NCBI GenBank assembly: GCA_047967505.1 | Contig: CM106538.1 | Origin: Dipteris shenzhenensis | Lineage: Eukaryota | Length of the DNA: 64,000 nt | Strand: one strand, 5' to 3' | Shown: piece after piece, positions 13,498 to 26,127 of the stretch | Numbering within the stretch: the first letter of the stretch is position 1 | Layout: every line of letters begins with the position of its first letter | Program-made: the position numbers and the translations under genes | The notes under the pieces: generated by a model | Told to the model about the DNA's origin: nothing | Database searches by the model: none | What the model saw: the letters and a program-made list of their open reading frames with translations, nothing else

Positions 13498-13962
13498 CCA
13501 AACCTTGTTAACCCTTGGTTGGGTTAACCATGTGCCACATTGGTAACCCTTGGTCGAGTTTGCCGCATGGCACATGCCTCGTACCACATTGCTTGCTAAA
13601 CTTTTATCAAGTTGTCCAGGGATGAGATTCTTGTACAACTCTTCTTGAGGTAAGACTTATGCCTTTCAGGTTTTACTTTTTTTCAGAATTGTCATAACTA
13701 TGCAATCGTTATGCCTAGTGCGTGATTGTTTCAAGATAGTTATGGTAATTTCGGTATGCATCAAATTACATTGAACAGACTTGTGGATCACAAAAGAAAT
13801 AACCACTTGGAAACACTTATGATATAATCCCTTTTTACAAATACTGATAAGAGGCTTCCTCTTTGGACTTTTTGGGTGCGAGGCAAGACACTACTTGATG
13901 GGTGTCCTGTCCCCATCATGTGGTGTCCCCTCGGGTAATGGTGGGTACACACACACACACAC
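13498..13962 (+). mobile_element. Short (CA)n-bounded element with a 3' end homologous to the Penelope-like element at 27444-31232
   Basis: Alignable terminal ~90 nt ending ggtgggta(ca)n versus ggtaggta(ca)n. Confidence 0.55.
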
Positions 13963-16638
13963 TTCCTATACCTCCCCTTTTTTAAAGATCTTGGCCCCTT
14001 GTCTTCCCACCTAACCCCCCGCCCCCCCCCCCCCCCCCCCCCCCCACACAAACACTTCCTTAAAACCCCCCCCTGCCTCTTCCCACCCCCCTCCCTTTTT
14101 CTATCTCCTCCACAACTACTTCCCTTTATTTGTCCCAGTTTCTAGTTGACCTCCTGCTTTTTATTTATATTATGCTCAATACTTTAACAATTGTCTCCCG
14201 TTTTTTTAAAAAAGAAATCTCCTAAAAATTCCCCTACCACATCTACCTCCCTTAATCACAAATTTCTATATATATATATATATAAAGATTTTCCCAACAA
14301 AAAAATCTCTTTTTATGTTTATTTTAATTCCCCCTTTTTTATGGTTAATATCTCCTCCAAACTTTTTGCTAATTTCTGAGCGCTAGGTTTTAGTACCTAA
14401 TATTTTTATTTTAAACTCTTACGCTATAAAGATAAAAAGTATTTTTTCTAATTTCTCTAAAGAATTAAATTAAACTAACTAAACCCATTTAAAAATGTAA
14501 CCCTCTACTAAACCACTCCCTAGCCTATGTGATAGGCTAATTCTCCTCTCCCCGCCTCTTTGAACCGACACCCTTCCCTTGACTACTAACTCCTAGCCTA
14601 TTTAAGAGCTCTAAGCTATGTCTAGTCTCGTTGCTCATCTAATTGCTACTACATATTATGCGCATAGCCTCCTTATTTCCCTAGTCGGATGATGGCTACC
14701 TTCTTCAGATTGTGCACTGTCCTGTACAATCAAGCCCTCCCATGCGGATCTCTCTAGTGCTCCCTACTCCCTAGTCTCTACATACTAGCTCTGCATAGTG
14801 CAGACTAGCGACCCCCGATCCCCCATGGCCCCCTGCCTCATCTGCTGGCTCTATTGCATGGATGCTACTATGCTATACCTCGATTGCTGGGTTGCCCAAG
14901 CATGGAGCTCCGCTTTCCACACATAAGGATGGCCTCGAATGTCATTGTTGCGCCTTCATCTTTCGCACGTTCCACGAGCTCTACTACACCATAATAGCCA
15001 AGATGGACTCTAAAGGTAATTATGTTTACATACATTTCATCTTTGTTGGCTAGCTTCACTTATGAGCCACAACCTTGCTCTTTTGTAGTTCGGCGTTGCT
15101 TTTGCAGTTTTTGGTTAGTTCGCCTTTTAGTTTGTCTTAGTAGTAGTTAGAGTTAGTATGTTTTGTTATTTGTCGGTTAGTGTCTGCTAGTTGGTTAGTG
15201 TTAGGTAGTTAGAGTTTAAGTTTTAGGTAAGTGGGTAAGTGGTAGTTAGCTTGTTCGCTTTAGGGTAGTTAGTTAGTTTAGGGTAAGTGGTAGTTATTTA
15301 GTTTGGTTTAGTTAGTTAGTTCGGTTTAGGGTTTAAGTTTCTTAGGACGTTGTTCTCTCTCTCTCTCTCTCTCTTTATCTCTCTCTCTCTCTCTCTTCCC
15401 CCCCTCTCCCCTACCTTTTATTCTCTCTTTACCTTTTGGTATGGCTCTTCACTTTTTGGCTTGGCTTGGTTTATGCTATTTTTATCCCCTAGCTATTTAG
15501 TTAAGTAGACTCTCTCTTTTGCTCTTGTATTTTGATACATACTTAAATATATATTCATATATATATCTCCTTAATTAACTTTTAGTCCTCTTTGTCTTCT
15601 TAATTTGATTTTTGCTCCAACAGTTTTAACCCCTTTTTGCCCTTGCATTTAATTAATTTCTTTCTTTAATCAATGTACTTTGTTTAAGTAATCTTCTCTC
15701 CGTTTGAAGTCTTGGCTACCTCTTGTGGGTTCCTTCACTCGAAACCCTTTCTCCCCCTTCTTTTCCACCCAAAAGCTCCAAGTTCTAAACTTAAATTAAG
15801 GGAAAAATTTGTGATTAGATGTTTATAGCCAGATGTCAGAAATATTCACCTTTAAGTAAATTAATTGATATTGAAATATATCATAAATAATTTGACACAC
15901 AGTTTGATTGTACCTTAGACTTGGCTTTCATTTTCTTTATACTAAGTTTGATTTTATTACAACTACTTTCATTATTTAAGGGTTTATAATTAATAGTCTA
16001 CTTTGGGTGTGGATTACCCCCAACAATTGCACTCTATTTTATTAAGAAAGTGATTCATATCTTGGTGATTCTAGTATTGATTTTTTATTAATTGATGTAG
16101 ACTTGTCGTTTTAATTTGTTATTTTATTTTTTCTCTTTAGTTTATCAATTAATTAGTTGAGATTGACTAACCTAAGGGAGTGGATTACCCCCCACTTCAA
16201 TTTTTTTAAGAGTGGGGACTACCCCCTTATTCTCTTAGACACTTTGGTGATAGACTAATCCCTTCATGATGGATTTGGGACATTGATTATACGTATAACA
16301 TAATATTTGCAAAATTGTGGTATTTTTGAATCTAGACAGATGTCTTTGTTCCTAGGTAAAGCAATAACACACCAGGGAATACATGCATTACCTATCTACC
16401 CAACTAAAACTATGATGTTCTAACACCTAGTTTTTCTTGGATGGTGGTAGGTAAGTGGACCCTGACCTTGGAACTTGGACTACCTGATGGATTCGACACT
16501 TTTGTACCAAATTTTGTTTTATGGACACCCATATAATATTTAATTTTTTATCCACCCTTATTTAAGCTTTGTGTGCCGTGTTGTTAAAAGGTTTTATTTT
16601 TAAAAAAACACACACACACATACACACATGCGCGCATG

Positions 16639-16700
<62 letters not shown>
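13963..16700 (+). mobile_element. Non-autonomous (CA)n-bounded unit: pyrimidine-rich 5' part, TATA-like site, small ORF, conserved 3' module
   Basis: Flanked by (CA)n on both sides; poly-C at ~14022-14046; 3' module 16309-16608. Confidence 0.5.
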
Positions 16701-16701
<1 letters not shown>

Positions 16702-19700
16702 TATTCCCATATTTTCTTTCAACCTTGCAGATTACTTTTCTTCCCTTAAAAAATCCTTTGATAACCCTTTTTAAACTACCTCTCCCCTCTTTCTCTCTCA
16801 AAATTCTCCCCACTCTCTCTCTACCCTTCTTCCTCCTCCTTTACCTAATTTCTCCTTAAAACCTCTCCCTTTCCCAATTTATTCCCTCTCTTTTTCCTAC
16901 TCTAGCTTTGTATATTCTACCTTAATTGTTTCTTAACTTTCATAAATTTCTCTTAATTTTTTATACTCCAATTTTTTTCCTTTTCAATCCCTACCTTACT
17001 ATACTACCTCTAAATTTTTCCTAATTATTTCTCCCTATTTTATGCCTATTTGTACTTAAATAAATTTTCCTAAAATTTTTCCTAATTTGTTTTGTTGACC
17101 TTTCTTTCCCCTAATTCTCTTTATTTTCCTAATTCTCCTATTCTTCCCTAATTTTTTCCTATTGGTTCACGTTTTTTCTTAAATTTTCACCTTTTTTAAT
17201 TATTTCTTATTTTTTCTCCTACCTGGTTTTTCATTATAATTTCCTTTTATTCCTAGATTTTTGACTCTTACTTACTTTTTCCTTCTTTACTTTTTTTCCT
17301 TTTAATTTTCTATTTTTCCCTAATGTAGTCTTTTCCTAATAAATCATTTCCCCCCTCCTATCCCCCCCCCAACTCCCTAATTTCCTCTAAATTTTTCCTT
17401 TAACTCCCCCCCCCACCTACTCCCCTAACCGACTGACTTTCCCACTCCCATGACTAATTAAACCCTTCTAATCCTCTCCCAACCCGACTACCTCACCTAT
17501 AAATAGCCATAATCTCCTCCTCACACACATTGCCCTCAATCTCTGCCTACCTCGTCGTATTACTCTCCCCACCTTAACCTATCAACTGCATCATAGCTTC
17601 CCTTATACCTCTGCTTGCTTGCCCTTGTTCTGCCCTTGCTTTGCCCTTGCTTTCATTACTTCCCGTGTGCCCTTATTTTTTGCCTCTGCAGTGTTCTTCT
17701 TACTCATCCATGGTCTGAAGTGTCCTCATAACTAGATACTATGTGACGTATGCATGTAGAGTCAAATTGATGTATGGGTGTGTACCTAAGGGCTAGGAGT
17801 CCTATGCTAGGAGGGTGTGTGTATGTGTGCATGGTTAGGTGTTAGTAGGTGTGATTGAGTGAATCTAGGTGTGGTGTGTGATTGAGAGATTCATGGAGGT
17901 GGTGGCTTGATTATAGGATCCTGGTGGCTTTTGTTGTAACATCACATATGACATACACTGGCTATAACATGGTGCCTATATAATGGCCCTCTATTCATGA
18001 ATACATGGCTCTTGCCTTTGCTTCTATCTCGTGTACTCTCTGCCTCTACCATGATCTCCATTATGTTCCTACAAGTGGTATCAGAGCCATACTACCCTCC
18101 ATAGCCTTGCTCAATCCTCAGCCTATGCACCTTGAGCTCTTCTCCTCCATCCTTCCTTCTCCTTGGAAGGAACCCGTAGTTTGAGCTACCTACCTACAAC
18201 AACCCGCCATTCAATTTCTTCAGCCTGCCATCCTTGTGGAGAAAGTCCTCAGCCTACATCTCTTTCACTGTGACATTCCTTCCAGCAACCTCTTCATACT
18301 GGCGTTCCTTCTACTAGTCACCATTCCACCCTGATTTTGCATGCTACACCCGTGATCTACAAGAGACTATCAGCTCTATGTAGCTATGCTCCAAATGTAG
18401 CTCTGTTGAAAGCAGTGCTGCTGCCCACGTAGCTCAATAGCCCATGCCAGCACCTCAGTCCACCATTCATCTCTCCTTGTCATTCTACCTCGTCATTCTC
18501 TTGGCTGGTTGAACCATTGTCCAAATTCTCTAGAAGCTGGGCTACAAGACGAACAAAATGAGCCACTTTGCAAGGCGTTTGGTAGAGAAACGAGGGAGAT
18601 ATAATCATTTTTTCAGTTTAGCTTGAAGGAGTTCTCCCGAGTATAGCCGTGCAACATTTCTGGATCTACCCGCTTGAAAGCTTGGTAGTGCTGTCTCATC
18701 TGAATCAAATCCCTGATGCGGATTTCTTGTAAGCAAGCAATAGAAGAGGAGTGTGCAACCGAGATGCCACATGGAGGAATTGATCCACTACAATCGAAGT
18801 GGTGGTGATTTGTTTTAGACAATGGGGCATGTTGTGTACAGAAGTGTCGTGACAAATCTCTATAGCCGACTTCATCTATAGCCTATGTGTCTTTGAGCAA
18901 AAGTTTCCTTATTATGCATTTTTTACTTTTTATTTTGATCATATGCTCATATCATGTCTTCTTTGCATCTATATGGAGATGATGTAATGATAGTTTTGAT
19001 GAGTGATCATGAGGAGTTACAAGATTGGGTGCCTAAGAAAAGGCATGGTCAATTCAAGAAGATCATGAAGACCTTAATCAAGGACAATTGCAAAGGGTCC
19101 AAGACAAGGAAGAAAGACTATAGCTCCAAGAATATGGATGAGGAGGACAACAAGATAAGGGACAAGCACAATGGGATTGATACAATGGTGGCATGGAAAC
19201 GAAGATGCAAAAGCACTTCCATCAAGGGGGGAATTTTCCCCATATATTCAAATTAGGAATATTTATGTGTGTGTGGTCAATAATGGTTCTCTGCCATGGA
19301 TAGTCCTCCTAAAATGATTGTATTGGGTTTTTGAGTGTTTATAAGATGTCTAGGTCCTAGGTCTATACCCTTAGTCAATTTACCAAGGAAACCCCAAGAT
19401 ATATAAGAAACCAAGAGTCCTAGGAGTGAGTACTAGTTGGGGCCATGACTTGAAGCATCCCAGATACTACTACCAAGAGAGGAGTGAGGTATTGGTAGGG
19501 GCTATCATGGAGCATCCCATGTACTATTGCCGAGGGATGAGATCATCAATTTGTGGGGGGGTATGTAGAGTCAAATTGATGTATGGGTGTGTGCCTAAGG
19601 GCTAGGAGTCCTATACTAGGAGTGTGTGTGTGTGTGCATGGTTAGGTGTCAGTAGGTGTGATTGAGTGAATCTAGGTGTGTCGTGTGTGATTGAGAGATT

Positions 19701-21031
19701 CATGGAGGTGGTGGCTTGATCATAGGATCTTGGTGGCTTTTGTTGTGACATCACATATGATGTACACTGGCTATAACATGGTGCCTATATAATGGCCCTC
19801 TATTCATGAATACATGGCTCTTGCCTTTGCTTCTATCTCATGTAATCTCTGCCTCTACCATGATCTCCATTATGTTCCTACAATGCATGGCTTCTAGTCT
19901 CCCTTACGTGCGGCCGTGCCTCTGTGCATGTAGTGCTATAGCTCATTCACCTACCCTTCACCAGTTCACCCATGCTCTCCTCCATGTTTTGCGCTTCCTT
20001 GTCAAGCATTGTTCCTCCTCTCAATGCAATCCATCCTACAACCCACCGCCCGTGTACATTGAAGAGTGTTTTTTGAGTCCCAAGGGGCCTCTTTGACTAC
20101 AATGAACTCGCATGTCCTTGCTTTTCAATTAAATTTACTAACACCCCCCCCTCTCTCCCCACTTTTCCCCTTTAATTTTTTATCTACCTCTCTTTAATCA
20201 CCCCCCCCTCTCTTCCCCCTTAATTAATTTTTTCATCTACCTCTCTTTAAACCCCCCTCCCCCCTCTCCCTTCTCATTTCGTTCCCTTTACATTTAATTT
20301 ATCTATTTTTTATTTTTTTAAAACTCCCCTCCCCAATCTTTTTGGGCCCCAGGCTTCACTCTATTTTTAGATTTCTTTATATTTTTTTCACTCTATATTC
20401 TCCCTTCTCCTTCTTTATTTTTTCTCTTTTCTCCTGTTCTCTATGCATATAAGTTTCCTTTATTGTCTCCTTGTGTTGCTTCCCTTTATAAACTCCTCTT
20501 AAAATCTCTAACTCTCCTTGTTCTCATTATTTTTTTCTAGTACACTTTCCCTTCCCCCTCCATATTTTCCTCAAGTTGATTCACCCCACCACATTCACCT
20601 CAAGGTGGTTCACCCCACTCCACAAAATATAAACCCATCTTGTTTACACCTTTAGTGCCACATTGAGCTATTTAATTCTGTGGTTAAGTGCCAATTCTAT
20701 TGTGACCCTGATAACAAGGGAGGGGTGTTTATGACACCTGTCTTCCCAATTAAAGTTAAATTAGTTCTTACCATGTTTTCTTGTTGGATGGTGGTAGGTA
20801 TGCAGACTCCCCTCTTCAATAAAAGTGATGCTTGCTACAATTTATCCAAGCTCAAATTCTATGCGGTTTACACAAAATCATTTTTTTCAAAAGTGCCCAC
20901 TGTTGGTTTTTATTTTAATAGAGGTTCACTGATGTGTACAAACCTTTCCTTTAATAAGTTTCTATGTCTATTCCATTGTCTACCTTCACTCTTTTGTCTT
21001 CTCACTCTCCAAAGGGGTGTTGTCAAGTCTT

Positions 21032-21075
<44 letters not shown>
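16701..21075 (+). mobile_element. Second non-autonomous (CA)n-bounded unit, interrupted by the LTR element at 17755-19882
   Basis: Same layout as the previous unit; TATAAATA at ~17498; shares TTGGATGGTGGTAGGTA (20784-20800); ends in (CA)n from 21033. Confidence 0.5.
17755..19882 (+). mobile_element. Intact non-autonomous LTR retrotransposon (TRIM-like, 2.1 kb)
   Basis: 319-bp LTRs 17755-18073 and 19564-19882 (TGTAG..CTACA); PBS tggtatcagagcc at 18076-18088; PPT before 19564; perfect 5-bp TSD ATGCA; no recognisable gag/pol. Confidence 0.95.
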
Positions 21076-21082
<7 letters not shown>

Positions 21083-24000
21083 ATATATACATGTGTGTGT
21101 GTGTGTGTGTATGTGTTGAGTTCTCTTTGTGGGAGTGGATGAGGGAGAAGGATTGCAATGGCCAAGGGCACTCAAGGGAGAGCTCACCTTTCCTCTCATC
21201 ACCATTGATCATGCAATTTTCAAATATCAATCCATTGAGGTAGTGGATAACAGACGATCTCAAGAGATTCAATGCCTAAACTCATTACTTAGATAGCTAA
21301 GAGAAAGTCAACATATAGAGCTTTCTTTGAGAATAAGCATGTATAAATAGTAGATGTGCAAAGAGCCCTTCATCATGTCAAATATGGGTGGCATAATTGG
21401 TGATATTGATCTTGACTTCATGGTCATAGCTATTAGAAAGGACTCCTCCCTTCTTGTGCCCATTATGTACCACAATGTTGGAGTGGTGTGTCACACATAT
21501 AAAATGCTTCAATACTACCATGAAGTATCATTATTTGCCATGCAAGCACCAACTTTACTTGGTGTGTCTTGTGAAATTAAGAAAGCTAGAAGCTTTGACT
21601 ACTTGCTATGCTCCAAAGAAACATGAATTTTATGACATTTTACTTATTGGGGTAGCTTATAGTGCAAACCTTTACTTGTTATATATAAGAGGTTGGGTCA
21701 TGCAACATTCATAAATTATAAATGGTAACTTTTGTAATATTTGAATGTAGTATGTTACAAGAAAACAATGATAAGATATAAGAATATTCCTCAAAAAATA
21801 TGAATGGTATAAAAAATAATAGATGGAATGGTCATAGTTATGGTTTTATAACCCTTGTTTTTCAAAATATGTCAAGGTTGGATAATTTTATAGTTATAAT
21901 GCTTATACTGGTGGTTTTATAATGAATGTGTGCAAATAATGGCTTTTAGATCTCCATCACATGAGCAAAGTTGAAGCCTTGGGAATGGGTGTAGTGCTGA
22001 CCTTTTGTATTCTAAGTTTGCTTGCATCGATTTCCCTCTTTGTTTGAATCATGGTGGAAATTTGCCATTGTCAATGTGCTAAACCATGATCACTTGTGGC
22101 TTGATATTTCCATCATAGGCCAAGGGATGGACACTAGCCTAAGCAATTTTTATACTATCTTTTTGCTCATCACCCATGAGCCAACATATGCTTGAGAAAT
22201 GTAAAAATATTAGATTTATTCAGTTTTATATTATATACAAGGTGGGTGACAACGAAGGTGCATTAGGTCTTATAACACTAGCAAATGTGTATTTGGGAAA
22301 ACAACACTATTGGATATATTCAATTTTAGATTATATACAATACAAGGATGTTTTTATCGAAGTTATGCTTATATATTAATATAAAATCTTGGCGAAAGTT
22401 TTCAAGATTATTTTTTTAGTTTCACAATATTAGTAGAATGTAGTACTTTTATATATATATTATTTGGAATTTTGAAGGAAAAAATCTAAATCCTGGCGAA
22501 ACTTTACATTTTTTTGCATAAAAGTTTCAAATTCTGGCGAATGTTTCAAGATTTATTTTTATTAGGGCATACAAACTTTCGACGCCAATATAAAATTTTA
22601 GCTTCTTAACGAAACTAACTTGAAAAAATCATCAATGATACAATATGGGTGGCAAGAAACATCAATGCTGTATGTACATTTAAAGTTCATCTATTAGAAA
22701 TACATATGCAATACATTTATGATGACTCTGAATTAAAATGAATTTCAACAAACAATTTTATCTATCACATGAGGAGTTTAATTTTTCCAAACTATATCAA
22801 CTTAAATGTCCCCAAATTCTTCCTAAGCATTGCTAGAATTAACTAGAATGCATTCCACCTCCTCAAGCATAAGAATTTATCATGAAAGGGACCTGGAAGG
22901 TTGGTTGGCTATTAGATCCTTGGTAGGGGATAACTAGGCACTTAGAATAAGGTTAGGGAGTAGTCACATGGGGGGATATGAAGGGGTGTGAATGGACCCT
23001 TGAGATTACAACTTCCCATAACTTCCCTTAGTCTTCTCCCTTGAGGGATTCAGTCATGTATTGCACATATGAAAAAGTTAGAAGGATTCTCTACCTATTA
23101 TAATCCCCAATTGGTAAGATCACCTTCAATGGATTGCTTGCTGAAGAATTTGAGTGTCCTTTATGGAGAGCTCTAATTTTGTTCTCTTTTGTTGAATGAC
23201 TCTAGAGTTCCTTGTATCTTAATATTATAGTAAAATGAGTTGTGTATCGGCGATGTGGCACAATGTTATATACTTGACCTTGAGAGTGCCAAATATCATA
23301 GGTGCAATATTTTGCATATTGATAATGGTTTCACAATGTATTGTCTCCTCTATTTTTAGAGACTAAGATGAACTCTTCAATAAAGGATAAAGATATTTCC
23401 TTGTCATAGTGTTTTCTTCTTGTTATTTGCACGTTGAAGCTACCTTGAGTTCTAGATGACCATCTAGATGTTGAAATAGTTATTTCCCTTTGTGTGTTTC
23501 TTGGATTGAAAGAAGCATGAGACATGGATGATGGAATGGGAAACCATACAAGATTATGAGGGATTCATGGGTATGTTGTGGGTATGTTGCCTTGATGGGT
23601 GATCAAGGGATTTAAGTCGATGTTTCCTTGGAAAGTAAACTTAAGTTTTGTTGGGTGGTTCCCCCCATTTGGGCCCCATATTGTGCACCATGGTTAATTA
23701 TATTTTTGCATGCGTTTCAAGATTTTCCTTCTATATTACAATTCAATAACATTTATGAAGTCTTTTCCTTATTACATGGGAAGCCATGTATCAAATCATT
23801 GTCTTAAGGTGGAAATGATCATGATTTTGTTTCAATTACTATTACATGAGAGCATTAACATTTGCATACATAGATCATGAGACACTACCCATGCATATCC
23901 CTAAGAAAGTATGTGTGATTATGACTATGAATGTTTACCTGAGCAATGGTCTTGTGAATCAGTCACTTTCCACATATTCATGATAATCGACATAATCCAA

Positions 24001-24613
24001 ATGGGTGTAGTTAGTACCTTGGGCCCGTCGACCTTAATATGGTAGTAACAAAGCAACATCAATACATGACTTCTTGAAAGATAAACTTGGAGAGGGTTGT
24101 TAACTTTAGAGAGCTCTTTTGGTCTTCATCTCGTGTTAGGGGAAGGTAAAGCAATGGAGAATCGACCTCCTACAAAATAAGGAAAATATTGAAGGGTCAA
24201 GTACAATGTGTACAAAGGCATCCATGCATGCAAGGTTTTACATAAGTATCATATAGTCATAGTATAAAGGTGTCGAACGATCGAGTTTTTCCTCACACAC
24301 ACAAAAGATTGAATTTTGTATCACACATATATACACAAAGGATTGAGTTTTTTATCACACATATATACAGATGCTGGTGTGCATGGATGCATCCATATGC
24401 AAGGTTTTATGCCACACACACATTATAGTGCTAGAAAAGCACTTTATATCTAGCCGAAGGAATTAAAAATGGCAATTTGATATTCAATGAATGTGCATGA
24501 GCTCATCTTTGCACATGTGCACACATGCACGTAGGCATACATGCACACATGCACACCCATTAACCATGCATACACGATCTTATGATACAATGCACATACA
24601 CAAAGAGGCAAAT

Positions 24614-26127
24614 TTAAAAAAGATGCACCCCTATTAAAATGCATATCCGATAGCCTACAGCACAGGCGTACACAACAATCTGATACATCCATACATGCAC
24701 ACATGCACATCCATTAACCATGTATATATGCACACGTGCAAAACCCTTGTCCATGCACACACGATAGTATGATACGATGCACAAACATGTAGAGACGCAT
24801 TGGAAATAACCAGTTCTGGCTGTTCCCAGCAGATTGTCCCTGCTCTTCTTCCACCCAGGAAGACTCTTCTCTGCCTTCTTCTCCCATTTCATGTCAAATT
24901 TAGCCAGTTCTTCTGCAGCAAGACCAAGAAATCCGGCTGAGCGCTCGATTATGTTTCCTTACTTGCGATGGGCACATGAACCAAGCCCCACCTTCTGTCA
25001 GATTGTGATATATGTCTTTCTGGTCCTCTTTCCCAGATGCAATGTCCCGTTGGCAAGTAACCGAGTGACCCTGCAAGAGTAATAAACGATTATCAACAGC
25101 AGATTATGATTTTACATCGTCTGCCAGCAGTATTAATAGCTAAAAGTAGGATTTCTGTGAAGAGTGAAGAGTTCAGAAGGTCGACTAGAGAGCTTCTCGA
25201 CGAATGTACTCAGCCTACCTTATTTCCCAGCCCCCGGGATATCCGCTTAGTCTCTTTGCCGGCTCCGGTGTCACGTTCTGTGAAACGTTCCTCCATCACC
25301 TGCAATTTCATTCTTGAGAATGTAACTTGCAGAAGGACTGACTCCTGTTCAAATGTCTACAGAGTGTGCAAGATCCAACATGGACACTGGAAAACGCAGG
25401 CTCATAGTGCGAGAGTCACAGAAATGGAAATGCTTCTTACCCCACCCGGCCCACTTCTCTTTGCCTTTGCGGCAGAATAATAAACCCCTTGAGGACCCCC
25501 GTAGCTGACAAAGGACTTTGAGTAGCTGTAACTATGAGAGTTTGGATCCGGCTGCAATGATGGAACACTCGAAATATCCATCCAGTTGGAGCTGAGCTCG
25601 CGAGTACCTGGAATATATACAAAACAAAAAATATGGCAAACACAGAAAAACACAAAATGAAACACGAGCGAATGCATCCCAACGTAATTCGAATCGTCAC
25701 CTGTGCCATATATTTCATCATCAGGGTGCTCTACGATCGGCTGCCGGCTAATTCTAGGCGAGGTTCTCCGAGAGGTGCCCGGGCTGCCACAAGAAACCTC
25801 CTCAATCCTTGGATAATTTCCTGTGTTTGCCTGTAGGTACAAGGCAAATAAAATCACTCCCCTGTGGGCTTCATTCCCTTTCGGTCCCAAGGATTCAGAA
25901 GAAGGAAAAATGCACAAGATGCCAATACGAACCGTAGGGCTGCTACGCCGGAAGGGTCTGGGATTTGCAAAGGTGTCGGCCATGGAGAAGAAAGGATGAG
26001 AGGCGGCATCGAGGAAGTTAGTGAGAGCAGAATGGAAGGCTGAGTCGTCGAAGGGGTCATGGAGGAGGAGATGGGACAGCAAGGTGGGAGAGGTGTGGCG
26101 ACTAGAAGATGGCAATCGGTCCGCCAT
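24614..26127 (-). CDS. Myeloid leukemia factor (MLF)-like protein; exons 26127-25933, 25830-25701, 25607-25441, 25299-25219, 25070-24992, 24912-(~24812 or stop at 24614)
   Basis: GT-AG introns with consistent phases join DPFDD..HPFF, PIVEHPDD, SYSYSKSFVSYGGPQGVYYS, EERFTERDTGAGKETKRISRGLGNKGHSVT, HNLTEEELAKFDMKWEKKAEKSLPGW, matching plant MLF motifs; 3' end unresolved. Confidence 0.85.
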
